Below are positions 39,369 through 49,215 of a stretch of DNA of 64,000 bases, in pieces. Below the pieces are notes generated by a model. It saw only the letters and a list, made by a program, of their open reading frames with translations. It had not been told where the DNA came from and searched no databases. A program made the translations under genes and the position numbers. The stretch comes from an uncultured delta proteobacterium (GTDB taxonomy: Bacteria > Desulfobacterota > Desulfobaccia > Desulfobaccales > 0-14-0-80-60-11): the NCBI GenBank assembly GCA_963705115.1, contig CAVPIX010000010.1:1165461-1229460 (forward strand), given 5' to 3'. The number at the start of each line of letters is the position of its first letter. Positions within the stretch are counted from its first letter, which is position 1.

Positions 39369-39442
39369 GTTACTCAATACTCGCAGATTTTCAAGACAGT
39401 TATTCATGAGCCTTTGGCTCACCCCTAAACCATAGGAAAGTC

Positions 39443-39512
39443 GTGGGGCGGGCGTCCCCGCCCGCCATCCTGGTGCGCAGTGCGCACCCTACATCTTCTT
39501 TGAACCTTGAAC
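39443..39512 (+). repeat. 70-nt composite repeat (two palindromes plus a GAACYTTGAAC tail)
   Basis: Its reverse complement matches 46429-46498 with 4 mismatches by manual comparison. Confidence 0.85.
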
Positions 39513-39542
39513 TATGAACTTTGAACTTTTCGGAACAGCATC

Positions 39543-40307
39543 ATGACCACTCTAATCTACGGTAGGCAGCCGGTTTTGGCGGCCCTGCGTCGGGTTGACG
39601 CCCCCCTGGAGGAGGTCCTGGTGGCCGAAGGTCTGGGAGGGCGAACCTTCGCCGAAGTGCGTGACCTGGCCCGGGCCGCCGGGGTGCGCCTGAAGCAGGT
39701 GCCCCGGTCCGCGTTGGACCGCCTGTGCCGCACCGCCAACCACCAGGGGCTGGCGGCCCGGCGGGCGGAATTTGTCTATCAGGACCTGGAGGAGTTGCTG
39801 TCAGGGCTTGGCGACCGGCAGGAACCTGCCCTCCTGGTGGTGGCCGATTCTCTCATGGATCCCATGAACCTGGGCAACCTCTGCCGCAGCGCGGTGGCCG
39901 CCGGGGCCCACGGCCTCATCATTCCCAAGGACCGGGCCGCCGGAGTGACCCCGGCCGTCATCAAGGCCGCGGCCGGGGCCCTGGAGGTTCTGCCGGTCTG
40001 CCGGGTCACCAACCTGGCCGAGACCCTCAAGCGCCTGAAGGAGGCTGAACTTTGGGTGGCGGGGGCCGAGGCCGGGGCCGCGCAAAGTATTTATGAGGCT
40101 GACCTCACCGGACCTCTGGCCTTGGTCATCGGCGGCGAAGACACCGGCATCCGCCCCCGGGTGCGCCAGCAATGCGACCTCCTGGTCTCCATCCCCTTAG
40201 CTTCCGAAGCCGTAAGTTCCCTCAACGCCGCCGCGGCCGGAGCCGTGGTTCTCTTCGAAATCCGGCGCCAGCGCCTGGAGAAACTGGGGGGAGGGCCAGG
40301 GACCTGA
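39543..40307 (+). CDS. rlmB: TrmH-family 23S rRNA 2'-O-methyltransferase (RlmB-like)
   Basis: IYGRQPVLAAL N-terminus and SpoU methylase motifs (NLGNLCRSA, LVIGGEDTGI, SLNAAAAGAV). Confidence 0.85.
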   Translation: MTTLIYGRQPVLAALRRVDAPLEEVLVAEGLGGRTFAEVRDLARAAGVRLKQVPRSALDRLCRTANHQGLAARRAEFVYQDLEELLSGLGDRQEPALLVVADSLMDPMNLGNLCRSAVAAGAHGLIIPKDRAAGVTPAVIKAAAGALEVLPVCRVTNLAETLKRLKEAELWVAGAEAGAAQSIYEADLTGPLALVIGGEDTGIRPRVRQQCDLLVSIPLASEAVSSLNAAAAGAVVLFEIRRQRLEKLGGGPGT

Positions 40308-40849
40308 GGTCTCTGCTCTCCCCCCAGGCCTCCCCTCCCAACCCGCAGAGTGGGCTGGCAAGTCGGGGCTCGAAGCCCCGAATACCAGCCTTTCTTTTTG
40401 CCCTTGAGGGGTTGATGGAGAGGATTCGGAAGAGGGGTCAGAGGACTGCGACCCGGTATTGAGGGGTGGGCCCTGGCCACCATGAATTATTAAACGGAAA
40501 GGCTGGCTTATATCCAGATATCTTTTAGTTAGCAACTATTCTTGCTTCGCTCCCGCTAAAATTATGGTAATCTATCGGTCAACCAGAGGGTTAGAGGCGG
40601 AGTTTCTTCCTATGTTCGGGGGCGGTTTGGTTTTGTGGCCTCCACTTTTTATCTGGTGAAACACCGCCGGACAATGTTAGGATTGAGGGTAAGACTTGAA
40701 TTAAGGTAGGATCTTTTTATTTCCAAGTATTATTGTTACGGAGCATCGATGTAAAAAATACTAATTTATTATTTACCTAATGTTGGAGAGCCATTTTATA
40801 ATCAGCTGTCCGATATAATTTGAAAAAATTAATATTGTGGAGGGATAAA

Positions 40850-42697
40850 GTGGAAAAAATGCAAATTAAAGGGGCAAGAACTAATAATGAGTCGCTGCTC
40901 AACTGGATTAAGACGACAGTTGAGTTATGTAAACCGGATCATGTCTATATTTGTGACGGTTCCCAGGAGGAATACGACAAACTTTGCAATCAAATGGTCG
41001 AAAGCGGAACCTTTTTTCGCCTGAATGAGGCAAAGCGTCCGAACAGTTTTCTCAGCTGCTCAGACCCAAAAGATGTGGCACGGGTGGAAAGCCGCACCTA
41101 TATTTGCTCCCTTAATAAATCCGATGCAGGACCCACGAACAATTGGATGAATCCTGCGGAAATGAAAGAAAAATTGCAGGTTCTGTTTAACGGCTGTATG
41201 CGCGGGCGAACCATGTACGTCATTCCTTTCAGCATGGGACCCTTGGGTTCTCCTATTGCCCATATTGGCATAGAGATTACGGATTCCCCTTATGTGGCGG
41301 TAAATATGCGGATTATGACACGGATGGGGCAGGCTGTGCTTGATGTTCTGGGCGAAAAGGGAGCCTTTGTACGATGTCTGCACTCGGTGGGAGCCCCATT
41401 GGAGCCAGCCCAAAAGGATGTGCCCTGGCCGTGCAATCCTGATAACACCTATATCACCCATTTTCCAGAAGAACGGGCCGTTTATTCTTTTGGGAGCGGT
41501 TATGGGGGTAATGCTCTTTTAAGTAAGAAGTGTTTTGCGCTCAGGATTGCTTCGGTCATGGCCCGGGATGAAGCCTGGATGGCTGAACATATGTTGGTTT
41601 TGGGAGTTGAGACTCCTGAAGGCGAAAGAACCTATGTGGCAGGGGCTTTCCCCAGCGCTTGCGGGAAAACCAACTTTGCTATGCTGGTTCCTCCCAAGGG
41701 ATTTGAAGATTGGAAGATCTTCACCGTGGGTGACGACATTGCGTGGATTAAACCCGATCAGGATGGAACTCTTAGAGCCATCAATCCTGAGGCAGGATTT
41801 TTTGGAGTTGCTCCGGGTACTTCAATGAAATCAAACCCCAATGCCATGTTGGCTTTGGCCAAGAATTGCATCTTTACCAATGTAGCCCTCACGGATGACG
41901 GTGATGTGTGGTGGGAAGGTATGACTGATGAACCCCCGGCTCATTTGATTGACTGGAGGGGACAGGATTGGACTCCGGATTGCGGTCGGTTGGCAGCTCA
42001 CCCGAATGCGCGGTTTACTGCGCCAATCACTCAGTGTCCAACGTTCGATCCTGAATGGGATAACCCCAAAGGTGTGCCCATTAAGGCATTCATTTTCGGC
42101 GCCCGGATGAGTAAACATGTTCCCCTGGTATTTGAAGCCTTCAACTGGTCTCATGGGGTGTATCTGGCTGCGACAATGGCTTCTGAGGCTACGGCCGCGG
42201 CGGAAGAAGGTCTGACCATGAGGAGGGATCCCATGGCGATGCTGCCGTTTTGTGGCTACAACATGGCCGACTATTGGAACAACTGGTTAAATATTGGGCG
42301 ACTTTTGGCCAATCCGCCGCGGATTTTCCGGGTGAATTGGTTTAGAAGGGATGAGCACGGCAAGTTTATCTGGCCGGGATTTGGCGAAAACATGCGGGTG
42401 CTGAAATGGATTGCTGATCGAGTGCGTGGTAAGGGCTATGGCGTAGAAAGCCCTCTGGGGTTTATGCCACGCCATCAAGACATCCACTGGGAAGGGTTGG
42501 CATTCGATCCGGATAAGTTCTACGAACTTATGGCGGTAGACCGGGAAAATTCAGCGAAAGAAGCAAGATCCCATGAGGAGCTGTTCGATAAGTTTTTTGA
42601 TCGTCTCCCCAAAGAGTTTGTTTACCATCGAGAACTGTTTAAATCGCGAGTATGGCGCTCGCCCGAGATATGGGAGTTAGCAAGGGTAATCTTCTAA
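40850..42697 (+). CDS. pckG: GTP-dependent phosphoenolpyruvate carboxykinase
   Basis: FPSACGKTN kinase-1a motif and full-length PEPCK-GTP pattern. GTG after GGAGGG (alternative ATG at 40859). Lower GC than surroundings. Confidence 0.9.
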   Translation: MEKMQIKGARTNNESLLNWIKTTVELCKPDHVYICDGSQEEYDKLCNQMVESGTFFRLNEAKRPNSFLSCSDPKDVARVESRTYICSLNKSDAGPTNNWMNPAEMKEKLQVLFNGCMRGRTMYVIPFSMGPLGSPIAHIGIEITDSPYVAVNMRIMTRMGQAVLDVLGEKGAFVRCLHSVGAPLEPAQKDVPWPCNPDNTYITHFPEERAVYSFGSGYGGNALLSKKCFALRIASVMARDEAWMAEHMLVLGVETPEGERTYVAGAFPSACGKTNFAMLVPPKGFEDWKIFTVGDDIAWIKPDQDGTLRAINPEAGFFGVAPGTSMKSNPNAMLALAKNCIFTNVALTDDGDVWWEGMTDEPPAHLIDWRGQDWTPDCGRLAAHPNARFTAPITQCPTFDPEWDNPKGVPIKAFIFGARMSKHVPLVFEAFNWSHGVYLAATMASEATAAAEEGLTMRRDPMAMLPFCGYNMADYWNNWLNIGRLLANPPRIFRVNWFRRDEHGKFIWPGFGENMRVLKWIADRVRGKGYGVESPLGFMPRHQDIHWEGLAFDPDKFYELMAVDRENSAKEARSHEELFDKFFDRLPKEFVYHRELFKSRVWRSPEIWELARVIF

Positions 42698-42779
42698 AGG
42701 GGATGATCACCTTATGGCGCTCCACTTTTTCCCGGAAGAGGCGGGCGTAAACCTCCGCCGGTAAAGTCATTTTAATCTG

Positions 42780-43187
42780 CCCGAAGAGGTTGCGGGCGAA
42801 GAAGTTCTGCCAGGCCTGGGTGGTGATTACCCGGATGGGAATACGGTGTACGGGGTCGGCCCCGGCGTAACAGTCTTGGATGAACAGCTCCCGCCCCTGG
42901 AGGAAAGCCAGCAGCCGGACGTGCAGGATGTCGAACTTTTCCGGAGCCATGGAGCAGTTCTGTTCTCCCCAGGCGATGTGGTGGGCGCTGGTGGGCTCAT
43001 AGACGATAAACTTGTCCTTGGGGGAGCGCCCGGTGTAGGCGCCGGTGCGCACTACTACCGGCCCCAGATGGGCAATGAGGCCCTCCTGCCGGTAAACGAT
43101 CTTTTCGTACAGGGCTGAGGTGGTGAGGTTCCAGAGCACTGCCGCCACGTTTTTGATGCCATGCTGCTCTATGTTATGAGATGACAT
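42780..43187 (-). pseudogene. pckA: N-terminal remnant (~135 aa) of ATP-dependent PEP carboxykinase PckA
   Basis: LGPVVVRTGAYTGRSPKDKFIV...LFIQDCYAGADPVHRIPIRVITTQAWQNFFARNLF aligns to the PckA N-terminus. All nucleotide-binding and catalytic parts are absent. The ORF then runs into antisense pckG. Confidence 0.75.
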
Positions 43188-43313
43188 GCTGAATTCCCTC
43201 GGGCGTGAAATCAAGATAACCTATGGATATCGCAAAAGAGATTGTGAAATTGTACTATAACGGCCACTAGGTCAGAGCATATTTCCCCGGTTTTAGGGGA
43301 GCTTGAGACCGTT

Positions 43314-44441
43314 GTGACAAAAATGATGACTGCCATATTCCAGCAAACAATCATGGGGATGTCCCTCGGGACTTTAGCCCAGTCCCTCCGGCGCAACCAG
43401 GGGCGGGTGTACTGGCGCTACCTCCCTCGCCTGGCCTTCCTGGCGGCCCTGGCTGGGTTCAACTCCTATGTGAGACTCTTTGAAAAGGCCATGAACGGCG
43501 ACAACATCGCCAGGGCCGAGTTGGCGGGGCCCCCCGTCTTTATCCTGGGATACTGGCGCAGCGGCACCACCCATCTGCATAATCTTTTGAGCCTGGATCC
43601 GGCCTTCACCTGTCCCACCGCTTACCAGGTGATGTTTCCCCATCACTTTGTCTACAGCCAGCCCTGGGGCGTGAAACTGTTCAATTATCTGTCCCCCGGC
43701 AAAAGGCCCATGGACAACGTGGCCTTTTACGGCAACACCCCCCATGAAGAAGAGATGGCCCTGGCCGCGCTCACCGGCGTCTCCCCCTATATGCGGGTTC
43801 TTTTCCCGGAGACGGCCAGCGGCGGCTACTCCGCGGTGGACCCGGGCCAACTGCCCCCCGGGGCGCTGGCGGAGTGGCAGGACGCCTTCCGGCTGTTCAT
43901 GAAAAAACTGAGCTTTTCCAAGGGGAAGCGCATTGTGCTGAAATCGCCCCCGCATTTAGGGCGCATATCCCTATTGCTGGACATGTTTCCCGGTGCCAAG
44001 TTCGTCCACATCACCCGCAACCCCTACGAGGTCTATCAATCTTTTCAGAAAAACTGGCGCCGCGGCCACGCCCTCTCCCATCTCCAGAAGCCCGATCCCC
44101 AGGTTATTGATGAGGTCATCCTGTCCTGGTATAAGCAACTGTTTGCCCTGTATGAGCGCGATCGGCGGCAGATCCCGCCGGGGCGCCTGTGCGAACTGCG
44201 CTTTGAGGACCTGGAGAAAAAACCTCGGGAATGCCTGGAAAAAATTTATCAGGAGTTGAGGCTGCCGGGCTTTGAGGGTTTTTGGGCCAAGGCCTCGGTT
44301 TACCTGGAGGGCCTGGCGGATTATCGAAAAAACACCTACACCCTGACGGCAGAGGTCCGGGACAAGGTGAACCGGCACTGGGGCTTTAACTTCGAGCGCT
44401 ACGGTTATCCCCTGCTGCCGCCTGGGACCCCTGGGCAGTAA
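43314..44441 (+). CDS. PAPS-dependent sulfotransferase family protein, copy 1
   Basis: YWRSGTTHLHNLL (5'-PSB loop) and KSPPHLGRI...RNPYEVYQS. True start may be the internal Met at 43359. Confidence 0.75.
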   Translation: MTKMMTAIFQQTIMGMSLGTLAQSLRRNQGRVYWRYLPRLAFLAALAGFNSYVRLFEKAMNGDNIARAELAGPPVFILGYWRSGTTHLHNLLSLDPAFTCPTAYQVMFPHHFVYSQPWGVKLFNYLSPGKRPMDNVAFYGNTPHEEEMALAALTGVSPYMRVLFPETASGGYSAVDPGQLPPGALAEWQDAFRLFMKKLSFSKGKRIVLKSPPHLGRISLLLDMFPGAKFVHITRNPYEVYQSFQKNWRRGHALSHLQKPDPQVIDEVILSWYKQLFALYERDRRQIPPGRLCELRFEDLEKKPRECLEKIYQELRLPGFEGFWAKASVYLEGLADYRKNTYTLTAEVRDKVNRHWGFNFERYGYPLLPPGTPGQ

Positions 44442-44444
44442 AAT

Positions 44445-44505
44445 GGTGGCACAGGCTTTCCAGCCTGTGCAGACGCAGGCTTAGCCTCGCGGCTACAAAA
44501 AATAG
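44445..44505. repeat. GCACAGGCT-ttcc-AGCCTGTGC hairpin plus AGGCTTAGCCT and GCGGCTACAAAAAAT modules
   Basis: The same modules recur at 26640-26690, 34125-34160, 61915-61950 and 62055-62125. Confidence 0.7.
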
Positions 44506-44573
44506 CTCTGAGAACGCAAATCGTTTGGAATGGTGCGCATCAGGCACGAATAGGCGACTTTCGGCGAGAATTC

Positions 44574-45710
44574 ATGCAGTTGCAGTCTTTATCACTCCAG
44601 GCCGTCACCGGCATGAACTTCAGCACCTTGATGCGGGTGCTCCGGCGCAACCGGCTCCGGGTCCATTGGCGCTATTTCCCCCGGCTGGCGTATCTGCTGG
44701 TGTTGGGCTGCCTGAATTCGTATATCTCTCGCCTGGAAAAGGCCGCGGACGGGGCGGACATCGCCGCGACCGAGCTGGTGGACGCTCCCATTTTCATCCT
44801 GGGTTACTGGCGCAGCGGCACCACCCATCTGCACAATCTGTTGAGCTGCGACCCGAGCTTCACCTGCCCCACCTCATACCAAGCCATGACGCCCCACCAT
44901 TTTGTTTACAGTCAACCCTGGGGCTCCAAGATTTTTAATGCCCTGACCCCCGGCAAGCGCCCCATGGACAATGTGGCCATTAAAAGCGCCACGCCCCATG
45001 AGGAGGAGATGGGACTGGCCGGTCTGTGCGCCGTGTCCCCGTATATGCGGGCCCTTTTTCCCACCACCGGGGACAAGGCCTACTCCGCGGTGGACCCCGC
45101 CAAGCTCCCTGCCGGGGCCCTGGCCGATTGGCGGGCGGCCTTCCAGCTTTTCCTGAAAAAACTGACGTTTTCCAAGGGAAAGCGCATTGTGCTGAAATCG
45201 CCGCCGCACCTGGGGCGCATTCCCATCCTGCTGGAGATGTTTCCCCGGGCCAAGTTCATCCACATCGTGCGCAACCCCTACGCGGTCTATCTGTCTTCGC
45301 AAAAACTCTGGCGCCGGGGTTTGTCCCCTTCCCATCTGCAGGAAGCTGATCCCCAGGTCCTGGATGAGGTTATCCTCTCCTGGTACACGGAACTCTATGA
45401 GCTGTTCGAACGGGACAAAAGCCTGATTCCGCCCGGCTCCCTGGTTGAGCTGCGCTATGAGGACCTGGACAGCTCCCCCCGGCAGTGTCTGGAAAAGCTC
45501 TACACGGAACTGGGCCTGCCGGGTTTTGCGCGCTGTTGGGCGAGGGTGGGGGAGTATCTTAAGGGGTTGGGGGGCTACAAAAAGAACCGGCACCGGCTGA
45601 CGGAAGAAGACCGGGAGAAGGTGAGCCGGCGCTGGCGCTTCACCTTTGCCCGTTATGGCTACCCCCTGATCCCGCCTCTGGGCCGGGGGGAAGAGGTGCG
45701 CTTCAGCTAA
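44574..45710 (+). CDS. PAPS-dependent sulfotransferase family protein, copy 2 (tandem paralog)
   Basis: Same motifs as copy 1 and alignable end to end. True start may be at 44613. Confidence 0.75.
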   Translation: MQLQSLSLQAVTGMNFSTLMRVLRRNRLRVHWRYFPRLAYLLVLGCLNSYISRLEKAADGADIAATELVDAPIFILGYWRSGTTHLHNLLSCDPSFTCPTSYQAMTPHHFVYSQPWGSKIFNALTPGKRPMDNVAIKSATPHEEEMGLAGLCAVSPYMRALFPTTGDKAYSAVDPAKLPAGALADWRAAFQLFLKKLTFSKGKRIVLKSPPHLGRIPILLEMFPRAKFIHIVRNPYAVYLSSQKLWRRGLSPSHLQEADPQVLDEVILSWYTELYELFERDKSLIPPGSLVELRYEDLDSSPRQCLEKLYTELGLPGFARCWARVGEYLKGLGGYKKNRHRLTEEDREKVSRRWRFTFARYGYPLIPPLGRGEEVRFS

Positions 45711-46302
45711 CCGGGCTGATCTCCCGCCCCCGAGCCTCCTGGGTTTGGGGAGTCTCCCGCCTCTCAAGAATCAGTTCTTTATTTTCCAAAAAATCTAAAA
45801 TCTTAGCCAGGCTGGCCTCAATATCTTCCTGTTCGGTGAACACCAATACTTCCGGCGCTTCAGGTTCCTCATAGGGATCGGACACGCCGGTAAAATTGGT
45901 AATTTTACCGCTGCGGGCCTTGGCATAGAGACCGCGGCTGTCCCGGGATTCGGCCACCTCCACCGGACAGGAGCAGAAGACTTCGATATAATTGGCGATT
46001 TTCTCCCGGTTGTGTTCCCGGGTTTCCGCATAAGGGGTGATGGCCGCCACAATGCAGATCATCCCCTTGTCGTTTATGCTCTGGGCCAGGGAGCCCAGCC
46101 TGCGCCCATGGAGGTCCCGGTCCTCCTTACTGAAACTCAAGGGGCGGGGCAGTTGGGCCCGGATGGCGTCCCCATCCATGAGATGCACCTGCTGAGGATG
46201 GCCTTCTTTGAGATAATTGTAGAGACGGCGGGATAGCGTGGTTTTGCCTGAGCACGGCAAGCCGGTAAACCAGACGGTAAAACTCATGCGTGTCTTTCTC
46301 AC
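45703..46302 (-). CDS. cysC: adenylylsulfate (APS) kinase
   Basis: FTVWFTGLPCSGKTTL P-loop, DGDAIR, and C-terminal extension. Confidence 0.85.
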   Translation of the reverse strand: MRKTRMSFTVWFTGLPCSGKTTLSRRLYNYLKEGHPQQVHLMDGDAIRAQLPRPLSFSKEDRDLHGRRLGSLAQSINDKGMICIVAAITPYAETREHNREKIANYIEVFCSCPVEVAESRDSRGLYAKARSGKITNFTGVSDPYEEPEAPEVLVFTEQEDIEASLAKILDFLENKELILERRETPQTQEARGREISPVS

Positions 46303-46428
46303 CTTTCTTCTGGCCGAAATTCCCAGCCGGTTTGTTAACGTTTAAGGCTACCATATTGGGGGCCTGGTTGACAAGCCCGGGGTGTCAAAAGCCTGGAAAT
46401 CTGCCAATAAAGACATCTGTCCTGAAAA

Positions 46429-46498
46429 GTTCAAGGTTCAAAGAAGGTGTAGGGTGCGCACTGCGCACCAGGATGGCGGGCGGGGAGCCCCGCCCTAC
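46429..46498 (-). repeat. inverted copy of the 39443-39512 composite repeat
   Basis: See 39443-39512. Confidence 0.85.
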
Positions 46499-46815
46499 CG
46501 GCTTTTCATGCTTTTGCGGGTGGGCGTGGCCCAGAGGCCCATGAGGAACTGTTACGAAAAGTTCAATCGCCTCTATTTCCCCCAACCATACCTGGGACCG
46601 GCAGGACGGGCTTCCTGTCATACCAAGGGAGCACAGGCGTCCCGCCTGTGGCACAGGCAAGATGCCTGTGCTCCCGAGACATGGGGGTCGGTACGGTAGG
46701 ACGGGCTTCCAGGCCGTCCAGGCACAGGTTGAAAACTTTTGCCTCGTTTGACTTCAAACCGAAATTAGACGGCAACCTGGTGGGAGGCGGGAATATGGAG
46801 ATGGGGTTAACGCCA

Positions 46816-46850
46816 TAAAAAAACCGGGGAAGACGCACGGTCTTCCCCGG
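46816..46850 (-). terminator. rho-independent terminator after the tadG-like gene
   Basis: Minus strand: CCGGGGAAGAC-cgtgc-GTCTTCCCCGG-TTTTTTT. Confidence 0.85.
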
Positions 46851-46866
46851 TCGCGAGAGGAGAGGA

Positions 46867-48353
46867 TTATCTCACCAGTTTGGCAGCCTTGGCAAAAGAG
46901 CCCTTGCCTGCAGAAGCGCTGGGGTTGATATGCTGGTTGTCGGGGCCGCCAGAGGTGGTCCCGGGGTTCGACACCGTGCTGCCCGTGGGAATTTCTATGG
47001 TGACGAAGTTCTGGTTACGGCAGCTTTCACCATTGTTCACCATACAGTCCACGGTGCTGCTGTAAGTCTGGCCGTTAAAAGCTTGCACTCCCGCAACACT
47101 GCCGTTCCTATCTTCGCACGGATCACATTTGGCGGGAAAGTCAGAAATATTTGTGGCCACGGCTTCGTAATTCACATTGGTCACATTGACGCTGGTGATC
47201 CCATCCACGTAAATGGGGACGTTGCCGCCGGGATACGTCTGGTTAGTGAAATAGAAGCAGGCATGGGCCGGCGTGGGGCCGAAGGAAACCAAACCGGCCA
47301 TGAATTTCAAGCCCTTTTCCAGACGGGAGGCCGTGGGGTTGCTGGTGGAGTATACCGGAACGACCACCTTCCACTTGCCGTTGCTGTCCTTATTGCCAGG
47401 AGCATTATAGGCATCTTTAAAGTTCTTGAAGATGGTGCTGATGTTTGAGGCCCACTGGTACTCGCTGATGGGGTAGAGACGGTCGCCCCGTTTCATGGCC
47501 CGCACCGGCGTACCGCTGCTGGGAGTTTTTTGTCTGATCAGGTTGTTGTTGATGGTGCCCGGCATGGGATCGGTGGTGTTGAGACCGACCAGATAGGCCT
47601 TCTGGGTGTCGAACAGGGGCTTGCCGAGATTGTTGGAGTAGAAAGTGTTGCTGCCCAGGTCCTTGAAGGTCATGGGGGGGGCAACCGCCGCCACCGCCTC
47701 CTTGTGCCCCAGCACCTTGGCCCACCAGGACTTCTTATCCGGGTTGGCAGCCGTGATGACTGCGTCCGGGACAGCCAGGGGCACGTCCACCGCACCGGTG
47801 GAGGCGCTGCTGACAAAGCCCAGGTACGCGGTGGCCGTGGCTGCCACGTTGGAGGTTGAGGCGCCGAAAATGCCGGCCAAGAAGTTGGTCACCGGACCGA
47901 AGGCCACTCCTTCACCCCGCCGCATCGAGACGCGCACGGCGTTGGCATTGGAGTAAGGCCCGGCGGTGGGACCGAGATCGGTCCAGGCCGTTTCGGGATT
48001 GCCTGCATAGATGTTCCAATTCCCGAAAGTCACCGTCAGGTCGTTGCGCGCTCCGCGTCCACCGGGGCCAACCCCGAGAGCACGGACTGGCGCTGGGCTA
48101 CGTCCATGACGGCCTGGGACGCGGCTGCAGAATCTCGCACCGCCTCTCCGCTGAGCTCGGTGATGAGTTTGTTGGCGCCGGCCAGGGCGGCGGCATCGGC
48201 GACATTTTGGAGGTCATTGCGAACCACATAGAGGTGACCCATATCAATGGCCAGGCTGGCAAAGCCTATGAAGGCCACGAGGCCCAGGCCGGTCAGAACC
48301 ATGATGGTCCCCTCTGTTCCCTTGACAAACTTCCGAATCGTTCTCACAAACAT
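46867..48353 (-). pseudogene. TadG-like pilus/pseudopilin assembly protein, split by a frameshift
   Basis: ORF 48036..48353 holds the Tad_N-type N-terminus (TM helix plus IDMGHLYVVRNDLQNVADAAALAGA). The body continues (..NDLTVTFGNWNIY..) in another frame as ORF 46867..48033. The shift lies in GCGCGC near 48040-48050. Confidence 0.65.
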
Positions 48354-48452
48354 TTCTCCTTCCCTCCGTGATCAGGTTTGGGGTCCTCCCCCGCCGCGCT
48401 GGCGGCCCCCCTGACCTCGTTATCCTTCTGGGTACGGGACTATCCCGCCCCT

Positions 48453-48920
48453 CTATTCACATTGCATGACGGTGGTGGCGGCCACGGTTATCTGATTGCC
48501 CAGAGTGGGAATAAAATTGTCCAGCACAAACCAGGTCTTGTTGGCGGCCACCCTCACTTCCAGGGGAGTGCCGGCGGTGCCCGTGGCGAATCCGGCTCCG
48601 GTCACCGTTACCTGGGGATTGGCGTCGGGGGGCATATAGGTTTGACTAAGATAATTATTGAGTATGTGGGCTTGGATCGACGGGGAATAGCTGCTCGGGG
48701 GCAGGCGTTGACCGGCAGCGTTGGTCTGGTATACGACGCCGTAACGGGCCCCCTCCCGGCTGGCGTTGGTGACCACTTGCCGCATGTAAAAAGCATGCCC
48801 CAGGTCCATGATCCCGGCGATGATCAGGCAAAAGACTAGGACTACGATCGCAAATTCCACCATCACAGCGCCTTTGGTTTCCCGGTAGCAATGACGTAAA
48901 ATGTGCAATATTTTCCTCAT
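48453..48920 (-). CDS. TadE-like protein
   Basis: GAVMVEFAIVVLVFCLIIAGI N-terminal TadE motif. Confidence 0.7.
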   Translation of the reverse strand: MRKILHILRHCYRETKGAVMVEFAIVVLVFCLIIAGIMDLGHAFYMRQVVTNASREGARYGVVYQTNAAGQRLPPSSYSPSIQAHILNNYLSQTYMPPDANPQVTVTGAGFATGTAGTPLEVRVAANKTWFVLDNFIPTLGNQITVAATTVMQCE

Positions 48921-49215
48921 GATAGTAATGCTCCCCTTCCTGTTTCGATTTCCTAAGTGATTAAAGACTACTACAAGATTTATGCCAAAATAATGAATTT
49001 TAGGGAAAATAATAACATACTGATATTGTTATAAATATAAAGTGAAGCCCTGATCTTTGTCTGGTAAAATCAAGACAATTTTCTTAAAGGGAAAGAAATT
49101 TTATTAAATACAGAGAAAGTTTCTTTAAAGATGAGGGAAGGGCAGGGCAAGACAGGCGGAAAATCTTCCGGGGCCGCATAATACCAATTTGATGTCAAAC
49201 ATAGAGTTAAAAATA

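Noticed and set aside
38906-39542. Possible CRISPR array because of many short palindromes
   Set aside because: The repeats are not identical, not regularly spaced, and have no uniform spacers. No cas genes are in the window. They fit REP/MITE-like elements instead.
42639-42780. C-terminal 45 aa of the 191-aa minus-strand ORF as part of a functional short PckA
   Set aside because: Homology to PckA stops at about residue 135. The remainder overlaps the 3' end of pckG antisense, and the P-loop and catalytic regions are absent.
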